From the NCBI GenBank assembly GCA_963693365.1, contig CAVNZM010000008.1, forward strand, positions 372,001 through 436,000: a DNA stretch of 64,000 bases, in the 5' to 3' direction. The stretch is from Amoebidium appalachense. Its lineage: Eukaryota > Protista > Ichthyosporea. Shown one piece after another: positions 1-25,723 of this stretch. Below the pieces are notes generated by a model. The model saw only the letters and a program-made list of their open reading frames with translations, did no database searches and was not told the origin of the DNA. Each line of letters begins with the position of its first letter. Position 1 is the first letter of the stretch. The position numbers and the translations under genes are program-made.

Positions 1-26
1 GGGGCTTACTGATGGGCTGTGTGCAG

Positions 27-12396
<12,370 letters not shown>

Positions 12397-12687
12397 CAGC
12401 AGATAAAAGCACGTATGTGGGCATGAAGGTTGGGGGGTGAGGCATTTTGTTCCATGGGTTTGTGGCCGGATTCATGGGGAGAATTGGATATCAGTAACGC
12501 TAGATAGTATACTATTAGTGCTATGCCGTGGTGGGGACTCGTGAAGTGAGGGCACGTATGGCACACACAGAAGACATGCTGTGCTTGTAGGTTGACCCAC
12601 ATGGGTGAGTGCATGTTGTTGTTCGTGGTCCTCAAGCGGTGTGTGTGAACATGCAGCAGACAGCTAGAGGGGAAGGGGGGGGGGGGA

Positions 12688-12723
<36 letters not shown>

Positions 12724-13249
12724 AGAGATACACTGAGGAAGGGAAGGGAGGGAATTCTAAAAAGTTATATCGTAGAGTCGTTAAGTTCATCTCTTTTGTA
12801 CTACCCTGCCTAACTGGCTATAGGTGGGTGGGCATACATTAATCTGCTTGGCGTGCGCTCAGCACTAGTCTGTAAATACTGTAGTGTCCGTTCTCAACAC
12901 GTGTCCTGTACTCTGAGAAAGACTGGGTGGTTTTTTTTTCCTCGATTAATAATAAAACTGGTCTGCACCTCGTCAGGAGGTGCACTGTTGCTGACACAGT
13001 GGGAGGGGTAGGCAAGAAGCACGTGATGATACGGTGTGTGCACACACGTGTAAACCACAAAGTACACATTGTCCAATAATTTAAAAAAGGCTGTACATAC
13101 GGCATGAAGGTTTGGCTCACTGGCCGGGCTGGGCAAAAGGCGGGTGTTTAAGGCAACATGAAATGATTGTAGGGGGTAGGTGGGGCTAAGCACATGTCCG
13201 GGCTGCAATTGGTAACGTGGATGTGGTAGTTTGTGCAGGCGGGGTGGCT

Positions 13250-13368
<119 letters not shown>

Positions 13369-13694
13369 AGTAGTGCATTCTGAACCATGTTCATGCAGTC
13401 TGAACACCGTGAAAGAACCGAACGTGCCGGCGTCCACACATGTACACTCCTCGGCGGGCACTCGAATTTGGAACGTGTGTGTATCATACAGAACTTATAT
13501 GTGACAGACTCAACACACAGTGTACTGATTGTATTTTGGTTTTTGTGGCTGGATTAATGCACAAACACCGAAACCGAACATATTGGCACAGTTCTCAAGT
13601 TTTTTGAAGGAAAATGCCCCTCTACTCTAGGACCCCACTTTGGGTTTTATGTAACTATTATAATGCCCCATAACTTACATATCCCCCTCCCCCC

Positions 13695-13725
<31 letters not shown>

Positions 13726-14254
13726 ACACACACACCACCCACCCACCACCACCTTCCGGGAGCAAAGATGATTATGTCTTGGCGTTGTAATCGGTTTTTG
13801 GTGTCTCCTGCTCGTATGTGTAATATGTGTGGGGGGCGGTTTACTCTCGGATGCATATCTATCAATAAGTGTGACCTGTTATCTAATGTGGTAGAACCTG
13901 CGGTTATAGCTTCTGCTTATCCATAATCTATACTAGGGTTGTTTTATTGCATACCGTGTGCATAAGTTGCTAGCTGCATTTGATTGGCTGCGCTGGAAAA
14001 CGCAGCAGGCCGTCAAGTGAGGCTGGGCCCCTGACGATGTCCGCAGCAATACATATGCCGTAGGCAAAACCATTCCTGTCGGTTCGTCCTGGCTGCCCGT
14101 GAAGCTTGACACATGGAAAATGATGTGAACAGCAAGTGAGGAGATTTATTCGTGGGTGTAAACACTGCATATAATAACACAAATAAATTTTTAAATATAA
14201 AACTTAAAACTTTAATTTAAAGCGCCACCACCGTGTGTGTGTGGTGTGTGTGTG

Positions 14255-14344
<90 letters not shown>

Positions 14345-15531
14345 ATGCACTATACCAGCCAAGGGAACAGCAGATCCAACCACAATGGCCGGAGATGCCC
14401 CCTTATATATACCTATCTAGGGATGGGAGGGTGGGAACGAAAACACAGCACAAAGAAGTAGACGCTATTCAGTCATCGAAAGGAGGTTGTGCTGTTTAAC
14501 AAGACAGCCACCAAACCCCACTTTAACCAAACGACTAAACCCTCACCTCTCTCTGCTGAATTTTCCTCTATCACTAACCACGGTCACACTGACTTGAAAA
14601 GACAAAACTGAGTCAAAATCTGCGTGTGATCCGTTTATATACCTAACTTACTAGCCAATCGGAAATCCCTAACCAAAACCAATCAAAACCAACTAACATT
14701 CTTTCTAACCAATCCGCTTTGAGTGTACATTTGCCAATTTGGCAAGTCTGCAGCCAACGTCATCGTTGGCTCTAAAACTCACTTGCCATATACGGATAAA
14801 GCTCCCTAAAGAAACCAATCACAAATCAAAACCTTATCTAATGCATGTCTTGGAAATGCAGAAAGAATGAAACGACCTCGTGTTGCCTCCAGATCGGTGT
14901 TTCTAGAATTTAGATGGGCGTGATCTGGAGCATTGTAGAAACACCGTGCTCCAGATTCACTCCACGCTGCCTCCTCTCTCGGGAAACAATATGTAGGTTG
15001 TAAACCCCGGGAGCAGGGTAGGGATTACGAAAAAAATCGTCGTAATTACGATTAACGAGAGACCCCGATACGAATAAGGTCAGGGTACTGTCGTAACAGC
15101 TTTCGTATCAGGTGTGTAGCATTATAAACGCTTGAATATGTAATTTTCCCTATTTTTTCAATATTTCTGTTCAAGAACAGCACATTCCCCCCCCAAGAAC
15201 ATATCTACAGCGCTTCTCATGTGCAATATCGAGCCCCGATAAGTTTCCAGGGTCTGTAATCTTGCGGAACTCAATTTGTAAAAACACGTATTTTGAGTTT
15301 TGCGACTGGAGGGGCGTTTTAGGCGGGGCTTGCAGCTCCCCAAGAACCCACCCGTTACGATTAAGAAATTTTCCGTTACGATTGGCCAAAGGGCGATACG
15401 GTTAAGCTGGCGAACCCCAGCCCAACCCTGCCCGGGAACAACAAAAAAGAGAGAGAAAAGCAAACAAATCTATGTATTCCCCCCTCCCAGGCTCCTCCAG
15501 GTTGCACCCTCGTTTCCCAAGCCCCCCCCCC

Positions 15532-15566
<35 letters not shown>

Positions 15567-15620
15567 CCCCCGCCCCCCGCCCCCGCCCCCCGCCCCCGCC
15601 CAAAAATTTCGAGGTGGGAA

Positions 15621-15689
<69 letters not shown>

Positions 15690-16224
15690 ATCCGAGTCTG
15701 CAGTGTGCTTGCCATTAATTTACGGTGTCATTATTAATAAAACAGCTGCAGCATGTGAAAGTGACCTGCAATCACTTCTACACATTATTATTATGGTATT
15801 TTGACTACGTAATGATATCATAGGTATTAAAAAGGCGAATGTCGCATGCATGGATGTATACGTAGTGTGTGCTTGACGTGTATGTGGTTGCGTGTGTGCA
15901 TGTTCATGTGTGTGTGCCGTGTGTGTGCATTGAATGTGACAGCATACTCTACATACACCGTGACATTACAGTTAAACTGTAAGTAACATTACAATCATAA
16001 ACTACCACTCTGACATGCTGAACATTACTGGAAGTTAAATGTTACAACTAACACCTAACAAACTGATTCTTAAGTTACTGTATTGACTAAGTCTTGGCAT
16101 CATGATGCCAAATCCCATACTAATCGAACCTACTAGACATGCCCTACGTTTGCCACCTGACCCCAAAGCAGCTGGCAGCCACAATAACAATTAGAAAAAT
16201 AAAAAACTACGTGGAGGGATTGGC

Positions 16225-18872
16225 TCACTTCCACCTATTATCCGTGACACTAAAACTGAGCAGGCGGATGCCAAAAGCGGTGACCAGAGCATACAACATG
16301 GCCTTGCACCTACAGCATTGCATGTAAGTATGACACAGATGGGGAGGGATTGCTAAAGTCAGTTGACAGACGCTACATTGTGCACTGGCTATCGTGCTCG
16401 GGTATGTGTGATAATAACTGGGGTGGAACGCTTGCGGATGGTGCGGGTGCTGGCTAGGGGGAATCACCCCAGACTGTTGGGTGCTTTGGAATTCATCCGC
16501 CGAATCGGTTGACGAACTGGTGGGATCATGCTCCTGAGGGGCAACACCTGTGTTGGTGCTTGCACGTGAAAGGCCGCTGGGCTTGGCCTTCTTTGACGGG
16601 GCAGTCTGTGAATTACTCTGTGACTTCAGCCCACGTTTCGTGTTTCGTGCTCTCTCGCTTGCTTTCTCCGTAACTGTCCTAGCAGCGGCTTCCTTAGCCC
16701 TCGCGATTTCCTCCCTCACCTCGGCGGCCACCTGACTACGCAAACGTCTTTCCTTCTCAATGTGTTCTATTTTTGACTTGATTTGTTTCAATGTTTTGGA
16801 AAGGATGGCATCCAGCCCCACACCCTCCTCGTTGCCCTCCAATGCTGCATGGTAATGTGCAAATATGTCCTCCTCTGTTGCCGGCAACTTTTGTTCCGCA
16901 AGCGAAATAACAATACTTTCAATCAACGCGGTCTCCGCATCCGACCATCTACCCGAACGTACCTCCTCGCCCACAGACACATAATACTCCAAACCATTCT
17001 GATCTGTGGTTCGTGTTTGCGTGAATCGTGCGCGCCGCCTTTGCGTTGGAACCGTGGCAGTGGCCTTGCCCCTGGTGGCTGTTGTGTTGGCCGTATGGGT
17101 GGTGTTGGACCCATCACCACTTCTCAGGGAAAGGTTCCCCCCTTCGCCGGATAAATGCAGCTGCATGGTAGACGGGCGACCTGGACGGTTTGGCTCTGGC
17201 CGCTGTCCATGACTGCATGTGTATGTGCGTTTGTGTGTGCGTGTGAATGCGCGTGCACGTGTACACATGTGTGTTTGTGTGTGCGTGCGCACACGTGCTC
17301 TGTGGGTGCGTGCGTGCGTGGATTCGTGCACCTGTGCATCTATCCACACACGTGTATGCATGGACCATGATGCGCGGATGCATTGTGTGTGTGTGTGTGT
17401 GTGTGGTGTGGGGGGGGGGGGGGGGGGGGGGGGGGAGGGGCTGTGTGTGTGCGTGCACACGTGCATGCGTGTGTGTGTTTAAGTTTGTGTATGGTGTGCG
17501 GGTGTGCAGGTGGTGAGCAGTGGGGAAGGTGGGGGGGAGGAGGAGGGGTTAGACATCATGAAACGACGGATACAGGAGGGGGAGGGGATTGGGAGAGGGG
17601 GCTTTTCTTTCCCCCTCCCGGGGGGGGGGGGTTTTGAATGCGTCAAAAAGTACGAAGTACACAAGAACAAACGGATAACACGATGCAGAATGCAAGCCAT
17701 ACATAAAGAGTATGCATAATAAGCAGAGCCCATCCTCAGGGGGGGCCCACGTCATCCACAGTACCCGAGTTTCGACCTATTCCCCTCGGGGGGGGAGAGA
17801 GGGGGAAAGGGGGGGGGGGGGGGGGGAATAAAGAGAGGGACAAGCAGAAATACCTGGATTTGGCCAAGTTAAGGTTTCGATTATAAAGTACCAAGTGTGG
17901 GCAAATAGAGGATGCAAAAGAAGAAAAGTAGCAAATGCATATCATACGGCTCACCTGTTGCCACAATTCTCACACCTGCATGCCTGGGTGCATGCCCGCT
18001 TGTTCTTTGCGCATATGCAACGCTCATGCCCATCGTATGCCTGCACTTTTCCCCCGCCGTTCTTAAAACCACAAAAAAAACGTGTTCTATCCTTACTGTT
18101 TCTATTACAGCTGCAGCCCTTGGCGGGCAACCCACCGAACGTGTCAGTTGTGTTAGCGTTAGACGCCAACTCCGTCGAGTTTTCCGTGTCAACTGAGTGT
18201 GATGTCTGTGTTTGGTTGTTGTCCGAGATTTTGTTCGCATGCGACAAGCGAGGTATTACCACTGAGTAATGATCTGCTGCACCGTTAAGTGATACGGGTA
18301 TGGCAATGTTGGGTTCGATGACGGTGGGTGGAGTGACCGCAACTACACCGTGATTGGCAATCGTGCTAAAAATGGTTATTGGTATGCGGAGTGCGTTGGC
18401 TAAGCCCAGCACCATCGCGTCACCGGCTGCAGAAGCAAAATGGGCGCGCCGAGGACAGCGGAAATCATCAGCTACGTATGCGAGGGTCACCCTTGAAAGG
18501 AATCCTTGGTATTCTGCTAGATTTCGCCGCCATTCGTTTACCATTAGTTCGCGTAGCCGTCCAATCGCCTCTATAGGCTCCATATTAGCTGTAAACCCCA
18601 ATGTGTTGAGGTGTTCACGGGTAGCTACATGACCGCTTTGTAGATACTGATTGATATAATGCCACACCGAATGAAACAAACAGTTGCCGTCAGCGGGTGT
18701 TTCCATAAGCTCCATTCTCCAGGCACCCAGAATTTGAAGAAGGCGTTGTTGCTGGACCTCAGGTGGCCCGGATATGTCCCTGTGTTGCACATCACAAGGA
18801 AGAATAAGCAAAGACAAGAAGTGGGAGGGTGACGTAGGGCAGTGGTGGTGGGGTGGGTGACAGTGGGGTGGG

Positions 18873-18919
<47 letters not shown>

Positions 18920-19021
18920 AAGAGAGAGAAAGACAGATTATGGGGAAGGCGGAAAGGCCGAGGAGCAGAACAAGGGAAACCTTGGCGTGTGTGTGTGTGT
19001 GCGTGTGTGGGTGGGTTGGGG

Positions 19022-19064
<43 letters not shown>

Positions 19065-19268
19065 TTAGATTATTAACAATTCTATAAGTGAATAAGAGTG
19101 TGTGCGCTCGTGGCTGCGAGGGAGGGTGCATGCGTGCATGCATGGGTGCGTTCGTGTGTGCAGGTGTGTGAAAGGGGAGGGGTGTGTGTGTGGGGGGGGG
19201 AGGGGGTTAGGCACTCTGAAGGGGGCCGGGCAGGTGTAAGGGAGTACTGATGAAGGAGGGGCTATGAA

Positions 19269-19308
<40 letters not shown>

Positions 19309-20129
19309 AGATGCAGATGCTTTCAAATAGGTGGAAGAGAAGCAGGGAGCTTCCAAAAAGGTAGGATGGAAGATATAGGTATACTATTAGAGAATAATGA
19401 GAATTAGGGGAGGTAAGAGGTAATGGAGGACTTGAAAAGGAGGGACGAATGGGCAGAGGCCCTCCTGAGGGGGAGAGGGGGGGGGGGGAGGGGAACAGGA
19501 CAGGCATAATAAGTGGGCCTGGGGAGGCAGGTTGTCTGACAAAAAACTGGTGTCACTTGGGTTGGAAGGAGAGATGGATTGATACGTGCAAGGAAGTAAG
19601 GAGGTGGAGCAGTTGGGAGGAAGAATTGTGGGAAGGAGGAGAGGGGGAGGGGGATGCAGAAAAGGGGGCGGGGGGGGGGGGGGGGAGGGGGGAGGGGAAA
19701 GGGGGATGGGGGAAAGGGGAGGAGGCCCTGCAGGGAAAGGGGGGGGGAGAGGCGAGAGGGAGGAGCGGGGGGGGCGTTGGAGGGGGAAGGGGGGGGGGGG
19801 GGGGGGGGGGGGGTTCGGCAGGAAGCACCTGGCAAGCTGTATGTCTGCTGCCACGGCCTCGTCAAAGAACACTAGAGTGAAGAGCAGATGATCCGGGTCC
19901 TGTGCTGCTAAAGCAAACCCTTCGGAGCTGTGCACAGACCCAATCAGCTTGCGCATCGCACGCCGGGCGTTAAGCTTGCGGCCTGCTAGGCGCACACATG
20001 TTGACACGTTGAATGAACCGGGGCTCTCGTCACTTGACCCCTCATCGTCATCGTCAGAGCCATCACTGTCGAAAGACCCAACCTCCATACCACACTCAGG
20101 CAAGGAACGGTTGCCATTATTGCCATAAG
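16225..20129 (-). CDS. Spliced multidomain protein: acidic region, OTU protease, Cys-rich CXC/CRC-like domain, Myb/SANT-like domain, coiled coil, C4 zinc ribbon; 5' end unresolved
   Basis: Exons 20129-19829, 18779-17955 and 17212-16225 join in frame (LAR|DISGPP; CENCGNS|HGQRP). Motifs: ADGNCLFHSV and ADHYSVV (OTU Cys and His), CSC...CIC...CTQACRCENC, GRWSDAETALI...KTLKQIKSKI, CSVC-x15-CCRC. Confidence 0.7.
17631..17788. repeat. Short interspersed repeat (~160 bp), copy 1
   Basis: Near-identical to 35676-35833; follows a G-run. Confidence 0.9.
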
Positions 20130-20664
20130 CTGCAGAGTGAACACAAAGACAGGGTGAGAGAATAGCTGGTCAATGGTTGCCAGGTCTATAAAGAACCCAC
20201 TCCCAACCGAATCCCCCATCCAACCCCCCCCCCCCCCCCCCCCACACACACACACAACATACATACACACACACATACACACACACACACCGCCCACACC
20301 CTCCCCACCCCCCCTCTTGCTCTCGGCCCCCCCCCCTGCCTAATTCTCCACTTCCCCCTTCTCCCTCTCCGTCCCACCCTCCCGCCCTTCCTCTTTACCG
20401 ACTGCCCTCCTCTCTTTGCCCCTCTCTTTCTGTCTTTTCCGCCATCCCTCCCTCTACCCTTTCTCCCCCTCCCTCCTTCCCTCCAACCCTCCCACCCACC
20501 CATCCTTCCCTCCCTTTCTCCCTACCCTGACCTCTCCCCCTTCCCCCCCTCCCCTGTCTTTAACATACACACACAGGCACACACATACACGCCCCCCCCC
20601 CCCCCCCCCCCCCCCTCCCCCCTTCTCTGTACCCACCCACCCACCCACCCACATACACACACAA

Positions 20665-20713
<49 letters not shown>

Positions 20714-21279
20714 CAACACACACACACACTCACTACACACACACAGGCACATACACACACAGACAAGCACACACCCACAGGCATACACCGTGACACACAG
20801 AAACTCTCTACCCACTATCCTGTACTGCCTCTTGACTAATTGTATGCTTAAAGGGGAAGGGAGGGAAGGGGGAAAAGCGGAGGAGTGGGCTTTAAGTGGG
20901 TACACTGCACAGAATGGTCACACAAAACATATGGAACACGTTGCCACACATACCCTATCGGGTGATAGCAACATATAAGAGGCAAGCCAAAGCAGAAAAG
21001 GCAGCATGCCATGCCAAACAGATCATGGGAGAGGCACAAAGGTCCATAAGATTAAGTGCAAGGGAAGGCCTGAGCGGTGAAGGCATTGGTATCCACAAGA
21101 TGCAAAAGGACACACCTAACGTATTACATAAAAAACAACTTCTAAAACGGAGGAACCACCTGTAAGGCCCAGAACAGAGAGACAGGGGAGGGGAGAGAAA
21201 AAGTGGAAAAGAGGCAGGGGGTGGTGGGGAGAGAGGGGGGGGGGAGGGGGGGGGGGGGGGGAAGGGGGGGGAGATCACC

Positions 21280-21632
21280 TGATGGACTCCCTCCGCTGTA
21301 GATGCATCTATCCGGCCGCCATGACGGGTTTGATGCCACACCCATTCCCTGAGGAAGGGCTGGGGAGGGCACGTGCCAGCTTCGACAGAGTCCTCATGAT
21401 CCGCTATGCAATAATCAATGTACCGTGCAACGAATGGCTGTTCCAGCTTGGCATGATCTTTAGACCAAGATTTGTTTTCCTTAATGACTTTTTTGTTCAC
21501 CCCATCTGGGTTGTTTGTTGAACCCGCTGCAGCCAAAAGACAAAAGGCGAGGATAACATGAACGAGAATCCTCAGCAAAGCCCAATGGCCTTGCCCACGT
21601 CCAATGCGGACGCGAGCATGTTTGTAACCCAT
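21280..21632 (-). pseudogene. Possible upstream exon of the OTU/CXC/Myb gene
   Basis: Non-repetitive open frame (…KLEQPFVARYIDYCIADHED…DASTAEGVHQ) ending at a CAG|GTGATC donor. It does not join the next candidate exon (~21160) in frame without a 1-nt shift. Confidence 0.3.
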
Positions 21633-22713
21633 GCTCACACAAAATATGTACTGTCAGTTATGATCGAGCATTAAAGGGTGTTGTCTGTTTTTATTATTTT
21701 TATATGAGCCTACTGCAATATGATAAGGATGCTAGCGCTGTGTCACACCTGTCAACTGCCAGTCCAGGCTGTGACTGCCCGTTCAAGTACGCCACCACCT
21801 GCACGTGGTTGACGTGGTCTTGCTTAGCCCGCCTTTCGAGTTTATTCCTCGAATCAGACGCCACCAACGATGAGCCACAAAAACGGGTCAGAAAACGGGT
21901 CAGGAACGATTCGAGCTGATTCGACCCATAATAGTTCGAACCGACCCATTTATGCCCCAAATAAATTTGGCACCAAATAATTTGGCACGAACCTGGTGAC
22001 GTAAAATGTGGCACGAATTTATTTGGCACCAGCCCGCTAGCGGAGCACATCCAGGGGTATCCCCAAGCTCCTGTCGGTGCCTGGGCGACATCCTGCCCCA
22101 TTTTCACCGTTTTGCAGGCTCGTGCCAAATAAATTTCGTGCCAAATATTACGTCACACCCTAGGAGCTTGGGAATTGAGGGTAGCACCCTCCTCCACCTC
22201 CCCATAAAGAAAGAAAGTAAAAACAGGTTTCAGAACCATGCCATGGGAATGCAAGCTAACAAACGTCAAACCAATGAATAAATGGTATATGTCAGAATAT
22301 GCAATTGCATATGTCAACCCATCTCACTCCACGACGCTATCGTGCCACGTGATGACTATGGGATGATGGTAGGTTATCAGAGGCGATATGATTGGTTCTA
22401 TCATATAGGGATCTCGGGCCCGGCTGGTATGTGATTGGATCTCTGTTGGGATGACTTTACATTCCAATCGTAGTATATAATCTCTGGACTGTGTCAGTCC
22501 AGATTGTCGTTGTGGCCGCCGCCCGCTTCGCTGTAGGGCCTTATGAAAATATCTTTTTTCCCCCCCCTTTTATAATGACTTTATTGATATGCTCAGCAAA
22601 ATAGAAGCCATCGAGATATCACCGATATCTCGGAGAAGAAATACAAAAGCCCTCACTCTCGGATACGGAGGAGATAACGACTTAAATAATCAGTGGCTGC
22701 ACGTTGCCTTCAT

Positions 22714-23385
22714 CAACGGATCAATAAAACCGAGTCAAAAGAAATAATCATACACCCTAGAAAACTCGTTAAACATACCGTGGTTCAACAGATAGTCAAT
22801 AGACGTAATATCAGGATTATCTAAATAAGCCAGTCTTCTAATTTCTAACGGAATAATCTGAGATAAATAAATACATCTATCTAAGTGTTTACGAGAAAAA
22901 GGTTCCGCACAAAAGTGGCACAAACATTTATGGAAACAAAGGTTACAGCGCCAAAATAAACATTTCCAAGCTATATCACAAGGAGGGGTTAGAACCGCAA
23001 AATCGGTAAGTGTGGTAGGTTTACGAGAGGAAGGATAAATATAGTAGCTAATTTACACAACGATTGTAAAGAAAATAGACGAGTCTCTAATATAAAAAGA
23101 AGCACAGGCTCAAGAGCCCTACCATGATACTCTATATCACAACGATGAAGCAAAGGATATTGAGTATGAAACCAAGTAACATACTGCTGATAACTAGTAG
23201 AAGAGAAAAATAAAGGAGATAAGTATTTAAAAGGATATCTCGGAATGGGAGAGAGATTGGGGATAGGACATTTCGCACGAACATTAGAAATGCCAGGAAC
23301 AGGTGCTAAAGAAGGAAAGAATTGCAACAAAGGATGATAAGAAGGAAGCCTAACCAAATGAAAACAAAAGCGAAGTCCTAATTCA
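22714..23385 (-). mobile_element. 5'-truncated, frameshifted non-LTR retrotransposon (LINE) ORF2 C-terminus
   Basis: AT-rich block. The minus strand reads …TDFAVLTPPCDIAWKCLFWRCNLCFHKCLCHFCAEPFSRKHLDRC…SIDYLLN, i.e. WR + C-x2-C-x7-H-x3-C + DYLLN, which resembles LINE C-terminal knuckles. Candidate TSD TTCAT at 22709-22713 and 23386-23390. Confidence 0.6.
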
Positions 23386-23404
23386 TTCATACGCTGGCCT
23401 GCAG

Positions 23405-24562
23405 GTGATGATTCCTATGGGCCACTTACTGATCAGGGGTTTTGGCTGTTGCAGGGTTATGGACTCGGACGTGCCCCAACAACCTGTTACCACTCGTGAC
23501 CATTACGGCACGGAAACGACCCGCACGGTTCCTTGGGATGACTTTGCGTGTGACGGGCGCTATGTGGCAGTGGCCACCGAGCAAGGCATCACAGCCTGGG
23601 ACATCGACTCTGGTCTCATAGTCGGCACCATCACCAGCACAATCTACGCTCCTGAACATCCACGTAAAGTTTACGACGGAATCAGGCACAAGGGACAGGC
23701 TGTTGCTCTCTTCTGGCCGCTGGTAGCGGCTACAGTGACGCCCACACAGGCCAAAGTGTGGGACCTGCACACGGGCACCATGTGTGCCCAAATCACACCA
23801 TCGGGCCAGCCCATCGAGCACCTGGTTATGCCCCGTGGCAAGGACATGCTTGTGGCCGTCACGGAGAGCCGCCGCTTGGCCCTGGACATTGTGTGCTGCA
23901 GGTTGCCCATCGGACACACCGTCTGGACCGCCAGTTTTAATGTTACTTTAGACGTAAATGCCCTGTTCCGTGCATGCGGGAAGTGGCTGATGCTCGTGTG
24001 CGGTACCGATTTTGCCGTCTACCACATGGCCACTGGGGAGAAGATCTCTGCAGGCACCTGTGATGGCCACGTCGATGATTCTCTGAACTTCCACGTGGGG
24101 GCAGACAACACGCTGCACATGACGTCCGTGGTTTTTGAGTACAAGAAATACAGCTGCAGGACCGTGTGCCACTCCAAAATATTCCTTTCCAGGCCGCCGC
24201 AGCAACAGGAAACTGTCGATTCGACCAAATTGCTGCGTGGGGATTCATACGGCGCTGAGCGGTGGGCAGAAGAATTTACTTACCTTACACTGCCCATTGT
24301 GGTAGACTGCACAACTGGTCGTGGAGGGATCTGCGAGATCTTTTTTACCACCGCAAGCAGTGAAAACCAGATCGAGTGGGCCCAATGGACATCCCCGAAA
24401 TCGCTGCCCACCATCCACACCATTCGTGTTCCAGCGTGTCTCGGTGAGATGGTGTCGGAAAAGAGCGTCTATGTGTTTGATGATGCCGTGGTGTTTGTGG
24501 TCGAGCTGCAGGATGGGCAAAAGCGGGTGATTTCGCTGCGCCCAAAAAAGGAAGTGGACTAG
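23405..24562 (+). CDS. WD40-like/beta-propeller protein, one long exon
   Basis: 385-codon non-repetitive ORF with WD-like repeats (DGRYVAVATEQGITAWDIDSG; TQAKVWDLHTG; FAVYHMATGE). 23405-23454 may be a 50-nt intron (GT…actgat…GCAG), in which case the true start lies upstream. Confidence 0.65.
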   Translation: MMIPMGHLLIRGFGCCRVMDSDVPQQPVTTRDHYGTETTRTVPWDDFACDGRYVAVATEQGITAWDIDSGLIVGTITSTIYAPEHPRKVYDGIRHKGQAVALFWPLVAATVTPTQAKVWDLHTGTMCAQITPSGQPIEHLVMPRGKDMLVAVTESRRLALDIVCCRLPIGHTVWTASFNVTLDVNALFRACGKWLMLVCGTDFAVYHMATGEKISAGTCDGHVDDSLNFHVGADNTLHMTSVVFEYKKYSCRTVCHSKIFLSRPPQQQETVDSTKLLRGDSYGAERWAEEFTYLTLPIVVDCTTGRGGICEIFFTTASSENQIEWAQWTSPKSLPTIHTIRVPACLGEMVSEKSVYVFDDAVVFVVELQDGQKRVISLRPKKEVD

Positions 24563-25677
24563 AGTTGAGCATGAGTGCAGGACTTGTGCGGATCATCAGT
24601 TGATCATATGTTGTGTTATAGTACAAGTATTTATGTGCATCTATTGTTAGACAAAAGTATCACACGCATGTGGGCATGTCTACATGCACACTCACCCATA
24701 AGCACGCGTGCGCACACGCACACGCACACGCAAACACGCAAACACGCACGCACACACATGCACCCACGCACCCACGCGTACACACGCACGCATGCCAGAA
24801 TATACAACAATAGTGCACGAGTTGGCATATGCATTTCGCACGCACGTGCACAGCACGATTCTTCATTAGTTGCACATCTTTGGTTTACACAGGTTGCACG
24901 AGCACATAGCATACATAGTTAGGTACAATCGTTTATTTGTGCTTTATCTCCCTCTATTTCATAAGCATGTCCGGCATGCTCTTGTTTGCCCTCTGTTATT
25001 CATTAGGCACGTGTGGTATTCATAGTTTGTTTAGCTATTGGCGATAGCGAGAGGAAAGCACGGATCCGACGATTGTTGTGCATGCTTTTCATGTTTTCTG
25101 TGTAGTCGGGTGTTTTGTCTGCGATTGGACCGTATGAGGGGAATGCAGTTTGATGTCCGTTCATGTACGTGTCGTTATACGATTGGTCAGATTTATAGTA
25201 TTCATAGTATTTGCCAATCAGATGCGCAAATACCTTTGGATAGATCTGAATTCATGGAATCTGCCTGCGGCAGATAAATAGGTGAGAATCGAGCATAATA
25301 AATTAGACGTAGATTGACAGAACATGCAACTGTGTTTCTACCTCTCCACACTACCCTCTCTGTTAGTGCTGTGGCATCGTGCATTGCCCAGCACCACTCT
25401 GCACGTGTTTATGTCAGTTAGTTTAGTGGCCTGATCACCCACGTATACTCTCATTCATATGCATGTGTGCCCAGGTACGTGTTAGTTGTAGTGTGTACAC
25501 TCTGCTAGTCAGGCGAGAATAGTAGGGGCTTTTGCCGTAAGTCAGCACTTTTCTTGCAACGCACACGTATACACGTGCACACTGAGACAACACATGTACA
25601 GACACACACACACACGGTGTCTCTCATCACTACAAAGCCATGTCGTGTGTGTGGGTGGGTGGATGGGTGGGGCGGGG

Positions 25678-25723
<46 letters not shown>

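Noticed and set aside
17725-17780. Hammerhead-like words (GAAAC…GUA…CUGAGGA) on the minus strand of the 160-bp repeat
   Set aside because: Stem I cannot be paired, stem II is weak, and the diverged copy has GAAC instead of GAAA.
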